Assembly (NCBI GenBank): GCA_017520505.1
Contig: JAFXFN010000014.1
Coordinates: 1,115 to 65,114, forward strand
DNA length: 64,000 nucleotides
Source of the DNA: Clostridia bacterium
GTDB taxonomy: Bacteria > Bacillota > Clostridia > Oscillospirales > CAG-272
Reading direction: 5' to 3'
Part shown: positions 36,990 through 47,140 of the stretch, in pieces
How positions within the stretch are numbered: position 1 is the stretch's first letter
How the letters are laid out: every line of letters begins with the position of its first letter
Position numbers and translations under genes: made by a program
The notes under the pieces: model-generated
Databases searched by the model: none
Told to the model about the DNA's origin: nothing
Seen by the model: only the letters and a program-made list of their open reading frames with translations

Positions 36990-39581
36990 ATGCAAATTGA
37001 AAGATTTACTAAAAGATCGCTCAAGGCGCTTCAGGATGCGCAGAGCATCGCAAGTGAAAACGGTAACTCGCAGGTAACGTCAGAGCATTTGTTTTATGCG
37101 CTCGTAACTCCTTCTGACGGGCTTATCAGACAGCTTTTTGATAAATCGGGCTTTGATACCGAAGCGGTAATACTTTCGCTTAAAAATGTTATTGAAAATA
37201 TGCCGAGAGTCAGCGGCGGCAGAGAAGCTGACAAAATTTATATCTCAGCCGACTGTGACCGTGTGCTTGCGAAAAGTGAACAAACAGCCAACAGCCAAAA
37301 GGATGACTATGTTTCCGTTGAGCATATAATGCTTGCGCTTTTTGAATGTCCGACGGATAAAATAAAACGCATATTTGACGAAAATAAAATCGACAGAAAA
37401 GCGTTTGAGAAGTCTTTGGAATCGGTGAAAAACAGCCGTGTTACAACGGATTCTCCTGAGGAAACCTACGATGCGCTCAATAAATACGGCACAGACCTCG
37501 TTGCAAGGGCAAGAGAGCAAAAGCTTGACCCCGTAATAGGACGTGACAGTGAAATACGTGACGTTGTGCGAATTCTGTCCAGAAAAACGAAAAACAATCC
37601 CGTTCTTATCGGTGAACCCGGTGTCGGTAAAACGGCGATAGCCGAAGGACTTGCACAGCGTATAATGAGGGGTGACGTTCCCGAAGGACTCAAAAATAAA
37701 ACTGTGTTTTCGCTTGATATGGGCTCGCTTATCGCAGGCGCAAAATTCAGAGGTGAATTTGAGGAGCGACTCAAAGCTGTGTTGAATGAAATCAAAAATT
37801 CAGACGGAAAGATCATTCTTTTTATCGATGAGCTTCATTTGATCGTCGGCGCAGGTAAGACCGACGGCGCTATGGATGCAGGCAACATTTTAAAGCCTAT
37901 GCTTGCAAGAGGAGAGCTTCACTGTATAGGCGCAACGACACTTGACGAATACCGCAAGTACATCGAAAAGGATGCAGCCCTTGAACGACGCTTTCAACCC
38001 GTTCTTGTCGATGAGCCGACGGTGGAGGACACTATATCTATACTCCGAGGGCTCAAAGAAAAATATGAAATATTCCACGGCGTGCGCATACAGGACAGAG
38101 CGATTGTTGCCGCCGCAACGCTTTCTCACAGATATATAACAGACAGATTTCTCCCCGACAAAGCAATAGACCTTATCGATGAAGCGTGTGCTTGCATAAG
38201 AACGGAAATCGATTCTATGCCTGAGGAGCTTGACCTCTTGCGCCGCAAGATCATACAGCTTGAAATTGAGGAAACGGCGCTCAAAAAGGAATCCGACAGT
38301 CTTTCAAAGGAGCGCCTTGAAAAGCTCACCGAGGAGCTTTCTTCCGACAGAGAAAGATATAATGAGCTTAAAAGCCGTTGGGAAAATGAAAAAACGGCTG
38401 TTGAGGACGTGAAAAAGCTGAAAGAGGAAATTGACCGTGTCAATGCACAGCTTGAAAAGGCACAGATGAATTATGAGTACGAAACGGCATCACGCCTTCG
38501 CTATTCCACCCTGCCTGAGCTTGAAAATAAGCTGAAATCCGCCCTTGAAAAAGCCGAGAGATCAAAAGGTGAGCAGAAGCTCGTCACGGATACCGTAACT
38601 GAAGAAGAGATAACCGAGATAGTTTCACGCAGAACGGGGATACCCGTATCGAAGCTTTCCGGCGGTGAGCGTGAAAAAATACTCAATCTTTCAAAAACAC
38701 TTCATCTGCGTGTAGTCGGACAGGACGAAGCGGTTGAAAAGGTGTCTGAGGCTATCATCCGTTCACGTGCAGGCATATCCGATCCGAACCGTCCGATAGG
38801 CTCGTTTATGTTCTTAGGCCCGACGGGTGTCGGTAAAACGGAGCTTGCAAAAGCACTTGCCGAATCGATGTTCGACGATGAGAGCAATATGGTGCGCATC
38901 GATATGAGCGAATATATGGAGAAATTCTCCGTTTCACGTCTTATAGGAGCGCCTCCCGGATACGTCGGATATGATGAGGGCGGTCAGCTTACGGAAGCGG
39001 TAAGAAGAAAGCCGTACTCAGTCATTCTCTTTGACGAGATAGAAAAGGCACACCCAGACGTTTTCAATATACTGCTGCAGGTACTTGACGACGGAAGAAT
39101 AACGGACAGTCAGGGAAGAACGGTGGATTTCAAAAACAGTATCATAATACTGACGTCAAACATCGGCTCGCAGTATCTGCTTGAATCGTCAAGCGACGGA
39201 CAGATAACGGATGAAGCGAGAAACGGCGTTATGGCACAGCTTCGTGCATCGTTCCGCCCGGAATTTTTAAACCGACTTGACGAAATAATCTTCTATAAAC
39301 CCCTAACACGTGAAAACATAGGTAAAATTGCCGATATATTGATCAAGAGAATTGAGAATCGCTTGAAGGAAAAGGGACTCAGCCTTGAGATAACAGAGGG
39401 CGCAAAGGATAAAATAATAAATTCGGGATATGATCCCGTGTACGGAGCAAGACCGATGAAAAGATATTTGCAATCAAGTGTGGAAACGCTTCTTGCAAAA
39501 GCTATACTTTCCCGTGAGCTTAATATAGGCGATACACTTACGGTCGATATTGGCGATAACGGCGAGCTGATAGTGAAATGA
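36990..39581 (+). CDS. clpB: ATP-dependent chaperone ClpB
   Basis: 863 aa with two Walker A motifs ([18 protein letters not shown]), a long middle coiled coil and a Clp N-domain. Confidence 0.95.
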   Translation: MQIERFTKRSLKALQDAQSIASENGNSQVTSEHLFYALVTPSDGLIRQLFDKSGFDTEAVILSLKNVIENMPRVSGGREADKIYISADCDRVLAKSEQTANSQKDDYVSVEHIMLALFECPTDKIKRIFDENKIDRKAFEKSLESVKNSRVTTDSPEETYDALNKYGTDLVARAREQKLDPVIGRDSEIRDVVRILSRKTKNNPVLIGEPGVGKTAIAEGLAQRIMRGDVPEGLKNKTVFSLDMGSLIAGAKFRGEFEERLKAVLNEIKNSDGKIILFIDELHLIVGAGKTDGAMDAGNILKPMLARGELHCIGATTLDEYRKYIEKDAALERRFQPVLVDEPTVEDTISILRGLKEKYEIFHGVRIQDRAIVAAATLSHRYITDRFLPDKAIDLIDEACACIRTEIDSMPEELDLLRRKIIQLEIEETALKKESDSLSKERLEKLTEELSSDRERYNELKSRWENEKTAVEDVKKLKEEIDRVNAQLEKAQMNYEYETASRLRYSTLPELENKLKSALEKAERSKGEQKLVTDTVTEEEITEIVSRRTGIPVSKLSGGEREKILNLSKTLHLRVVGQDEAVEKVSEAIIRSRAGISDPNRPIGSFMFLGPTGVGKTELAKALAESMFDDESNMVRIDMSEYMEKFSVSRLIGAPPGYVGYDEGGQLTEAVRRKPYSVILFDEIEKAHPDVFNILLQVLDDGRITDSQGRTVDFKNSIIILTSNIGSQYLLESSSDGQITDEARNGVMAQLRASFRPEFLNRLDEIIFYKPLTRENIGKIADILIKRIENRLKEKGLSLEITEGAKDKIINSGYDPVYGARPMKRYLQSSVETLLAKAILSRELNIGDTLTVDIGDNGELIVK

Positions 39582-39588
39582 TGATAAG

Positions 39589-39616
39589 ATCCCCCGATTT
39601 ATTTCGGGGGATTTTA
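39589..39616 (+). terminator. Rho-independent terminator of clpB
   Basis: atcccccga-N7-cgggggat followed by tttat. Confidence 0.7.
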
Positions 39617-39789
39617 TGTTGCAAATTAATAGTTTAAACGATAAATGTCTAAATCGCAAACTGTTATGAACTAATCTATCATATTTGTTAATAATAGATT
39701 TAAGAAATATTGATGATATAAAATGTACAATTTGGTATTATATACATGTATATATTTTATACATTTTAAACAAAAGAAAGGAAAAGACA

Positions 39790-41628
39790 ATGAAACGTTT
39801 ATTCGCATGCTTACTTTGCATCTGTACGGTGTTCACACTTGTTACGGCGGTTGTTCCGTATGATGCGCAGGCGGTTTCGTATTCGGGTTCATCGGCGTAT
39901 ATGTCAGGCCCTTATTATGCCGCTTTATCAAAGGTAAGACTTACAGGCAATCAAAGACGTGATATCGTCAACGTTGCAAAATCACAGATAGGTTATCAGG
40001 AGGGTAATAACTCCTCACAGATCGCAGGTACCGTTCAAGGCTCTAACAACTATACGGAGTACGGACGCTGGTACACATATCACAAGGACGATTCTTATAA
40101 TTTTATTGATGCACAGTGGTGCGCAATGTTCGTTTCCTGGTGTGCATACAACGCAGGTATTCCGCAGAGCATCGTTCCGTGCTGTCAGTACACTGAGGAC
40201 CAGGTGCGCCCGTTTAAAAATCAGGGCAGAGCATACAGATGGTCGCAGATACAGTCAGGTGCATATTCACCTAAAGCGGGCGACATCGTGTTCTTCTTGT
40301 CTTCAAGCGGCGCGGCAAGCGGAAGAACGGTAAACCATGTCGGTATCGTATCAGGCTGGGACGGCAGAACGCTTTACACGATCGAGGGTAATACAAGTTC
40401 CGCATACTTTACAACCAACGGCGGATGCGCTGCTGACAAAACGTACGATATTACAAGTACATATATCGCATATATTTGCGAGCCTGCGTATACAAATTCC
40501 GACCCCATTCCCGAAGAAATGCGCACAGCAATGTTTGACGCTGAATACTATGCAGATAGTTACACAGACTTGCGTGACGCTTTTGGCACTGATTCAGATA
40601 AGCTTTACAACCATTTTATTGAAAACGGTATGAAAGAGGGAAGACGTGCAAGCGCAATATTCGATATAAAGCATTATATCAATGCGAACTCTGACCTTAA
40701 AGCGGCATTCGGCGAAAACTACGAGGCGGCATTCAACCACTTTATCGATAACGGATATAAAGAACCCCGTTATACGGCAGAATCTGCCGATATCGGCACA
40801 CGCTTCTTTGCAAAGATAAATTATCCCTCCGCAGGACTTTGTATAGCACCCGCTGAGGGTAATGTCGTAACCGCATCGCCTGTGTCGGGTACAGAACAGC
40901 TTTGGTTCTTTAACAGAAACAGCGACGGAAGTTATATTATAACAAGCTATTCCACAGGCAAGGTATTGACCGTTGAAAACGGCTCGTATTCAAAGGAAGC
41001 AAACATCGGTCTTACGGAAAAGAACGGCACGAGTGCTCAAAGCTGGTTCTTGTTTGAAAACGTAAACGGTACGTATTCACTCAGAGCAAAGTGCGCACCG
41101 ACATGTGTAATGGATATACCCGGCGCATCAACGACAGCAGGTGCAAACGTTCATAGCTATACGTACAATTCAAGTGCGGCACAGCAGTTTACGGTAACAA
41201 AGGATACTACGGTATCTGCTGATCTTGAGTTTAAGCCTACGTCGTCTTCCATCACATCAACCACAACCGCTGACGGGGTAAATCTCTTGAAGGGCTTCAG
41301 CACAGGTATAAGTGGAAGCGATGCTACGTCACTGTTTTCCGATACGTGCAAGGTGTATGATGAAAGCGGCTCACGTGTAACATCGGGCAAGCTTTGCACG
41401 GGATATACAGTCAAAAAGTTCATAGGTTCTATTGAAGTGCAGAGCGCAGTCGTTGTAGTTGCAGGCGATGCAACAGGCGACGGTGTTGCAAACGGTAAGG
41501 ACTTTATAAGAATGAAAAAGCAGATGTTGAACGGTAACGCTGTTAAATATGCCGAATATGCAGATGCCAACGGCGACGGTGTCGTTAACGAAGCCGACCT
41601 TCAGTATCTTACTTCAAATATGGGTTGA
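39790..41628 (+). CDS. Secreted CHAP-domain peptidoglycan hydrolase with a ricin-type beta-trefoil and a C-terminal type-I dockerin
   Basis: Signal peptide MKRLFACLL...YDAQA. CHAP motifs are AQWCAMFVSWC and NHVGIV. There are QxW-like repeats (EQLWFF, AQSWFLF, AQQF). The dockerin duplicate is GDATGDGVANGKD and ADANGDGVVNEAD. Confidence 0.8.
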   Translation: MKRLFACLLCICTVFTLVTAVVPYDAQAVSYSGSSAYMSGPYYAALSKVRLTGNQRRDIVNVAKSQIGYQEGNNSSQIAGTVQGSNNYTEYGRWYTYHKDDSYNFIDAQWCAMFVSWCAYNAGIPQSIVPCCQYTEDQVRPFKNQGRAYRWSQIQSGAYSPKAGDIVFFLSSSGAASGRTVNHVGIVSGWDGRTLYTIEGNTSSAYFTTNGGCAADKTYDITSTYIAYICEPAYTNSDPIPEEMRTAMFDAEYYADSYTDLRDAFGTDSDKLYNHFIENGMKEGRRASAIFDIKHYINANSDLKAAFGENYEAAFNHFIDNGYKEPRYTAESADIGTRFFAKINYPSAGLCIAPAEGNVVTASPVSGTEQLWFFNRNSDGSYIITSYSTGKVLTVENGSYSKEANIGLTEKNGTSAQSWFLFENVNGTYSLRAKCAPTCVMDIPGASTTAGANVHSYTYNSSAAQQFTVTKDTTVSADLEFKPTSSSITSTTTADGVNLLKGFSTGISGSDATSLFSDTCKVYDESGSRVTSGKLCTGYTVKKFIGSIEVQSAVVVVAGDATGDGVANGKDFIRMKKQMLNGNAVKYAEYADANGDGVVNEADLQYLTSNMG

Positions 41629-41670
41629 ATCTGACACAAAAGCAAGCAAAAAGACGATTTTATGAGCACG

Positions 41671-41763
41671 TCGATATAAATCCCTGACGGGATTTTCGAT
41701 ATGTTGCTGATGCAACTCGATATGCTTTGCTCGATATGTTTGCTTCGCAAACGAGGCATATCG
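41671..41763. repeat. Heptamer/hairpin array 1: TCGATAT four times, alternating with short hairpins and closed by an inverted ATATCG
   Basis: Heptamers lie at 41671, 41696, 41717 and 41731. The intervening hairpins are aaatccc-tgac-gggattt, gttgc-tgat-gcaac and gtttgc-ttc-gcaaac. The inverted atatcg lies at 41758-41763. Confidence 0.75.
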
Positions 41764-41842
41764 GTAAGTAACGTGTGTGTGCAAATGCAAAACTTGCGAT
41801 AAAACAGAACGATAAATAAGGATTTGGCGAAGAGGTGATTTC

Positions 41843-42292
41843 GTGATTTGGATTGACTTTGGAATTATTTGTATAGGACAAGAGAAAATATCTGTTCCCG
41901 CAGATATGAACGATATTGTCTTTGAAGGCTATCAAAGAACCGCAGAATCAGAACCTTTTTACTATAAGAAATATCATTTTCATACCGCTGATAATCTATT
42001 GGGTTGTTGGTACAAAATTTGGTTGCCTGAGTCTATTTGCTATGAAGAATCCTTCTTTGATATTGCATCTAAAGGTGTTCCTTATGTAGAAGTGGTTCCC
42101 AAATGGTCTGATTATGTAGCAAAGATTCTTTCCTTCTATATAAATGAATCTCCATACAACAAGATTGCAGTATTGCTTCGGATTCAAGACAGTTCTAACG
42201 ATATAGTACATCCTGCTTGCAGCCTTTCTGAATTTATTCAAGAACTAAACAAAGGAAATATCAAGTGGAATGAATTGTATTTTATAAATTAA
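41843..42292 (+). CDS. Hypothetical protein
   Basis: GTG start with GAAGAGG 7 nt upstream. 149 aa with no recognisable motif. It is followed by palindromic element copy 2. Confidence 0.45.
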   Translation: MIWIDFGIICIGQEKISVPADMNDIVFEGYQRTAESEPFYYKKYHFHTADNLLGCWYKIWLPESICYEESFFDIASKGVPYVEVVPKWSDYVAKILSFYINESPYNKIAVLLRIQDSSNDIVHPACSLSEFIQELNKGNIKWNELYFIN

Positions 42293-42322
42293 CAAATTCC
42301 AATTTATCGAACAGTATAAGTG

Positions 42323-42355
42323 AACCCCGATAGACTATTAAAATCTGTCGGGGTT
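42323..42355. repeat. 33-bp palindromic element, copy 2 (terminator-like)
   Basis: aaccccgatagactattaaaatctgtcggggtt followed by attcttt. Confidence 0.7.
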
Positions 42356-42535
42356 ATTCTTTGGTATAATATAAGCGTAGCAATTTCGGATTATCCGCTG
42401 ATTTTGCACGCCGTTCAAATCGTTTTTTTTATTCCTCGAAACAGCATAAAAAACAAAAAAAATATCATTTAAAACACTTGAAAAAAACAATACTTTGTGA
42501 TACAATACCGAATTTGGTATGATACATAAATATTA

Positions 42536-44203
42536 ATGAAAAAGAAGGTGTTTTTTGTGAAGGATCTTAAACCGGCGCTTTTTTCATCGTTTAAGGGATA
42601 TAACGGAAAAACGTTTGTCGAGGATCTTATTGCAGGTGTTATCGTTGCGATAATAGCTCTGCCTTTGTCTATTGCCTTGGCGCTTGCTTCCGGTGTTGGC
42701 CCTGAAGAAGGACTTTACACTGCAATTGTTGCAGGTTTTCTTATTGCATTTTTTGGCGGAAGCCGTGTGCAGATCTCAGGCCCTACGGCGGCGTTTGCAA
42801 CGATCGTTGCAGGTGTTGTTGCGCAAAACGGTATGGAAGGACTCATCGTTGCCACGGTAATGGCGGGAATACTCCTTATTCTTATGGGTGTTTTCCGTCT
42901 TGGCGGACTTATAAAGTTCATTCCGTTTACGATAACAACGGGATTTACCGCAGGTATTGCCGTGACAATTCTTATAGGTCAGCTCAAGGACTTTTTCGGT
43001 GTGACTTACGCAAACGGCGAAAAGCCCGTCGAAACCGTTGAAAAGCTTGAAGCGCTTATCGACAATTTCTCATCGTTCAATATCTGGGCGCTCGTTATTG
43101 GTATCGGCGGACTTTTGATAGTATTTCTGTGGCCGAAGATCAAGTATCTCAACAAGATTCCCGCATCACTCGTTGCGGTATTGGCAGGAGCTCTCGTTGT
43201 TTCGCTGTGTGATCTCAACGTAAACACGATAGGCGATCTTTACACGGTCAGCAGCGATCTTCCCAAGTTCAATCTTCCGTCGTTTGATTTTGCAACAGTC
43301 AAGACGGTTCTTCCCGATGCGTTTACTATCGCTGTGCTTGCCGCAATCGAATCGCTCCTTTCGTGCGTTGTTGCCGACGGTATGACTAACACGAAGCACA
43401 ATTCAAATGCGGAGCTTGTTGCGCAGGGAATCGGTAACATCGGCTCAGCTCTGTTCGGTGGAATTCCCGCAACGGGCGCTATTGCAAGAACCGCAGCCAA
43501 TATTAAAAACGGCGGTAAAACTCCCATTTCTGGTATGGTACACGCCGCTGTGCTTTTGCTCATTCTCGTTTTGCTTATGCCGTATGCGGCGCTCATTCCT
43601 ATGCCTATAATTGCGGCGGTGCTTTTCGGTGTTGCGTACAATATGTGCGGCTGGCGCACATTCGTAAGACTTGTAAAGACAGCGCCCAAGAGCGACGTGC
43701 TCGTGCTTGTGCTTACGTTTGTTCTTACCGTAGTATTTGACCTTGTTGTGGCTATTGCTGTCGGCATCGTTCTTGCCTGCGTTATGTTTATGAAGCGTAT
43801 GAGCGACGAGGCAACGGCAGAATCGTGGAAGAAAGCAGATGATGTTGAAAGCGAAAGCTTTACAAACATTCCCGACGAAGTAAGCGTATATGAAATGAAC
43901 GGCCCGCTTTTCTTCGGTGCGTCCGATATAATTGCACGTATCACGGTAACAGGGGAAACAAAGTGCCTAGTGCTTCGTATGAGAGGTGTTTCGGCAATAG
44001 ATGCGACGGCTATGAACGCACTTGAAGGATTGTGCGATAAGTGTACCGAAAACGGTATAACAGTCGTCTTGTCACACGTAAATAAACAGCCGCTTCACGC
44101 AATGCAAAAGGCAGGACTTTATAAGAAGATAGGCAAGGAAAATTTCAAGCCTCATATAACGGAAGCGCTTGCACGTGCGAATGAAGTTATAGGCAATATA
44201 TAA
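42536..44203 (+). CDS. SulP-family anion transporter with a C-terminal STAS domain
   Basis: Multiple TM segments with GGSR.QISGPT. The STAS region is VYEMNGPLFFGA...VLRMRGVSAIDATA. The start is uncertain: ATG 42536, or GTG 42557 which has the better RBS. Confidence 0.85.
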   Translation: MKKKVFFVKDLKPALFSSFKGYNGKTFVEDLIAGVIVAIIALPLSIALALASGVGPEEGLYTAIVAGFLIAFFGGSRVQISGPTAAFATIVAGVVAQNGMEGLIVATVMAGILLILMGVFRLGGLIKFIPFTITTGFTAGIAVTILIGQLKDFFGVTYANGEKPVETVEKLEALIDNFSSFNIWALVIGIGGLLIVFLWPKIKYLNKIPASLVAVLAGALVVSLCDLNVNTIGDLYTVSSDLPKFNLPSFDFATVKTVLPDAFTIAVLAAIESLLSCVVADGMTNTKHNSNAELVAQGIGNIGSALFGGIPATGAIARTAANIKNGGKTPISGMVHAAVLLLILVLLMPYAALIPMPIIAAVLFGVAYNMCGWRTFVRLVKTAPKSDVLVLVLTFVLTVVFDLVVAIAVGIVLACVMFMKRMSDEATAESWKKADDVESESFTNIPDEVSVYEMNGPLFFGASDIIARITVTGETKCLVLRMRGVSAIDATAMNALEGLCDKCTENGITVVLSHVNKQPLHAMQKAGLYKKIGKENFKPHITEALARANEVIGNI

Positions 44204-44311
44204 TTTGAAATTAAACGAAAATATCACACCTCAGGTATTGCAATATCCCGAAAAGTATGATATTATAGAATAAGTTAATAACTGTCTTGGTTTATGCAGG
44301 AGGAAATTTTT

Positions 44312-45628
44312 ATGAAAAAAGTCAGAATCGGTGTTATGGGCGCATTCCGCGGAACAAGTATGATAAACTACTGCCTTAAAGCTGATAACGCAGAGGTCGT
44401 TGCTATCTGCGACAAATGGGTAGAGGGTATCGAAAAGCAGAAGCAGCAGCACCCCGATGCAAACATTACATATTACACAACCTTTGATGAATTCATCAAT
44501 CACGATATGGATGCAGTCGTTCTTGCAAACTATGCAAACGAACACGCTCCTTTCGCTATAAAGTGCCTTAACAAGGGACTTCACGTATTCAGCGAGGTGC
44601 TTCCCGTTCAGACAATGAAGGAAGCTGTTGAGCTCGTTGAAGCAGTTGAAAAGACAGGCAAGATCTACGCATACGGCGAAAACTACTGCTATATGCCCGG
44701 TCCTTATGAAATGCGCAAGCTTTACAAGGAAGGCAAGATAGGCGAATTTGAATACGGTGAGGGTGAATATATCCACAACTGCGAATCTATCTGGCCCAGT
44801 ATCTCCTACGGTGATCCCAATCACTGGAGAAACCTTATGCACGCAAACTTCTATTGCACACACTCACTCGGTCCGATCATCCATATCACAGGTCTTCGCC
44901 CCGTTTCCGTTGTAGGATTTGAGGGAACAAAGACAGAACGCCGCCGCCGTACAGGTAACAAGGCAGGTCAGTTCGGTATTGAAATGGTAACGTTTGAAAA
45001 CGGCGGTATCGCAAAGAGTATCCACGGCGACCTTTACAAGAACTCCGTATGGTACACAGTATACGGCTCAATGGGCAGAATGGAAACTGCAAGAGAAGAC
45101 GCATATAACGGCGGTCAGACACACATTTATGTAAACGCTGATAAATATGACGGCGAATACGGCCCCGAAAACGTACTCAGCTATAAGCCCGAAACAGAAT
45201 TCCCCACAGCAGACGCTTCATTCGGCCACGGCGGCTCTGACTACTACTCAATGTATAACTTCGTTGAGAAGATCAGAGGTAACGAAAATGCCGATATTAT
45301 CGACGTTTACGAAGCGCTTGATATGGGTATCACAGGTCTTTTCGCTTACCGTTCCGTACTCGCAGGCGGTGTAACTCTCGAAGTTCCCAATATGCGTGAC
45401 AAGGCTGTAAGAGAGCAGTACAGAAACGATACAACCTGTACTATCCCCGCAGTTGCAGGCGATATGCTTATTCCCTCATTCTCAAAGGGCACACCCGAAA
45501 TTCCCGACGAAGTATACGTAAGAATGAGAGAGCTGTTTGAAAAGGACTTCAACAGTGACGACGGTTACGTAAGCGCCGCATTTACTCAGGGCGGAGATAA
45601 AAAGGAAGAAAAGAAGGATGAAGAATAA
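44312..45628 (+). CDS. Gfo/Idh/MocA-family oxidoreductase
   Basis: MKKVRIGVMGAFRG (Rossmann N-terminus), NEHAPFAIKCLNKGLHVFSE and a Lys/Glu-rich tail. RBS AGGAGG. Confidence 0.75.
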   Translation: MKKVRIGVMGAFRGTSMINYCLKADNAEVVAICDKWVEGIEKQKQQHPDANITYYTTFDEFINHDMDAVVLANYANEHAPFAIKCLNKGLHVFSEVLPVQTMKEAVELVEAVEKTGKIYAYGENYCYMPGPYEMRKLYKEGKIGEFEYGEGEYIHNCESIWPSISYGDPNHWRNLMHANFYCTHSLGPIIHITGLRPVSVVGFEGTKTERRRRTGNKAGQFGIEMVTFENGGIAKSIHGDLYKNSVWYTVYGSMGRMETAREDAYNGGQTHIYVNADKYDGEYGPENVLSYKPETEFPTADASFGHGGSDYYSMYNFVEKIRGNENADIIDVYEALDMGITGLFAYRSVLAGGVTLEVPNMRDKAVREQYRNDTTCTIPAVAGDMLIPSFSKGTPEIPDEVYVRMRELFEKDFNSDDGYVSAAFTQGGDKKEEKKDEE

Positions 45629-46904
45629 AGAGTTCTCCTTGCAGAATCTCTTTCCCGATGCTGACGGTGAGGCACTCGAAAGCCTCGCCTTGACGCTTAT
45701 AATGAATGATAACTCACGGTACTCACACCTGAAAAGGTGTGAGTACTATTCTAATAAGCTCAAAAAAGCAGGGAAGGGCTTGAAAATAGGCAAGGGGGTA
45801 AAGATAGTAAACCCCGAATATATCGAAATAGGCGACAACGTAACCATATCTGACGACGTTACAATTATCTGCAGAGGCACGGGCGGAATAAAAATAGACG
45901 ACAACGTAACGCTTTGCGAAAGGGTTTACCTTGATACGGAGCGTGCAGATGAGGGTTATATCCACATAGGAAAGAACGTCTATATAGGCACGGGCACAAC
46001 GCTTTTCGGCCACGTAGGGCTTGAAATAGGCGATGATTCGCTGCTTGCGCAGAATATAACGATAACACCGTATTCACATATTTTTGATGATCCCGATCAG
46101 ATCATCGCCGTGCAGGACGGTCATACAAGACGTGTTACTATCGGCCGTGACTGTTATATCGGTATGGGTGTTTGCGTTATGTATTCGGCAGACGTGGGCG
46201 AAGGCTCCGTTGTCGGTGCAGGCTCGGTTGTTGTAAAACCGATACCGCCTTATTCCATTGCGGTCGGAAATCCCGCAAAGGTCATAAAAAAACGTGAAAA
46301 AAAAGAAGTATTGCAAGAAAGTGCAATACAAACAGAGGAAAATAATATGGATGAGCTTATCATAAGACACGGAAGACCCATTACAAAGGAAATGCGTTTT
46401 ATCTATGAGATGAACTGCTATGATATGCTTGACGAACTCGGTATAGAGTTCGACAGAATAGACCACGCACCTGCTGACAATATGGAGCTTTGCCGTGCTA
46501 TAGACGAAGCACTCGGCGCTGAAATATGTAAAAATCTCTTTCTGTGTAACAGACAGATGACGGACTTTTATCTTCTTATGACACCCGGCGATAAGCCGTT
46601 TAAAACGAAAAATCTTTCATCACAGCTCGGCGTTGCAAGACTTTCGTTTGCAAGTGAGGAAAAGATGTGGGAATATCTGAAGATACGTCCCGGTGCTGTC
46701 AGCGTTTTGGGACTTATGAATGACACGGACAAGCACGTGCGTCTTATAGTTGACAAGGATATTTTAAACGGTGAATATATCGGCTGTCACCCGTGTGTCA
46801 GCACAACAAGCCTCCGTATAAAAACAGAGGATGTGTTCGGTAAGTTCATAAAGGCTGTAGGACACGAAATGACGGTCGTAGAGCTTCCGTGGGAGAACGA
46901 TTAA
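45618..46904 (+). CDS. Fusion protein: hexapeptide-repeat (LbH) acyltransferase plus a YbaK/ProX-type aminoacyl-tRNA deacylase-like domain
   Basis: Residues 60-230 hold hexapeptide rungs (IGDNVTISDDVTI, IGKNVYIGTGTTL, IGRDCYIGMGVCV, VGNPAKVI). Residues 250-428 resemble YbaK (ICKNLFLCNRQ...FYLLMTPGDK...LGLMND...IGCHP). No stop codon separates the two parts. Confidence 0.7.
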   Translation: MKNKEFSLQNLFPDADGEALESLALTLIMNDNSRYSHLKRCEYYSNKLKKAGKGLKIGKGVKIVNPEYIEIGDNVTISDDVTIICRGTGGIKIDDNVTLCERVYLDTERADEGYIHIGKNVYIGTGTTLFGHVGLEIGDDSLLAQNITITPYSHIFDDPDQIIAVQDGHTRRVTIGRDCYIGMGVCVMYSADVGEGSVVGAGSVVVKPIPPYSIAVGNPAKVIKKREKKEVLQESAIQTEENNMDELIIRHGRPITKEMRFIYEMNCYDMLDELGIEFDRIDHAPADNMELCRAIDEALGAEICKNLFLCNRQMTDFYLLMTPGDKPFKTKNLSSQLGVARLSFASEEKMWEYLKIRPGAVSVLGLMNDTDKHVRLIVDKDILNGEYIGCHPCVSTTSLRIKTEDVFGKFIKAVGHEMTVVELPWEND

Positions 46905-47056
46905 ATATTTGACGCAATATCCCCAAGATGCATACCGAGGGCGACGAATATCCAGAAAAGAAGACCGCAAACGGCAAGCGTTATAAGCGTGCCTATGGCT
47001 ATCAGCTTGATCTTTCTTAACATTCTTTTCTTTTGAAGTGTGTTATTGTTTTTCAT
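46901..47056 (-). CDS. Possible 51-aa membrane peptide
   Basis: MKNNNTLQKKRMLRKIKLIAIGTLITLAVCGLLFWIFVALGMHLGDIASNI has a basic N-terminus and one TM helix. I see no clear RBS. It is below the track cutoff. Confidence 0.3.
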   Translation of the reverse strand: MKNNNTLQKKRMLRKIKLIAIGTLITLAVCGLLFWIFVALGMHLGDIASNI

Positions 47057-47140
47057 ATTTTTTAATATTTCACGCTTGAATAAAGCGCTCCTGTGGGATA
47101 AAATTGATGTAGTAAAGTTACTGAAAGGCAGGTTTTAATT

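Noticed and set aside
45618-46904. Whether the LbH-YbaK ORF is really two genes mis-joined by the ORF caller
   Set aside because: I checked the junction at about 46300-46350. The frame is continuous with no stop, so the fusion stands at the sequence level. An internal start remains possible and is flagged in the finding.
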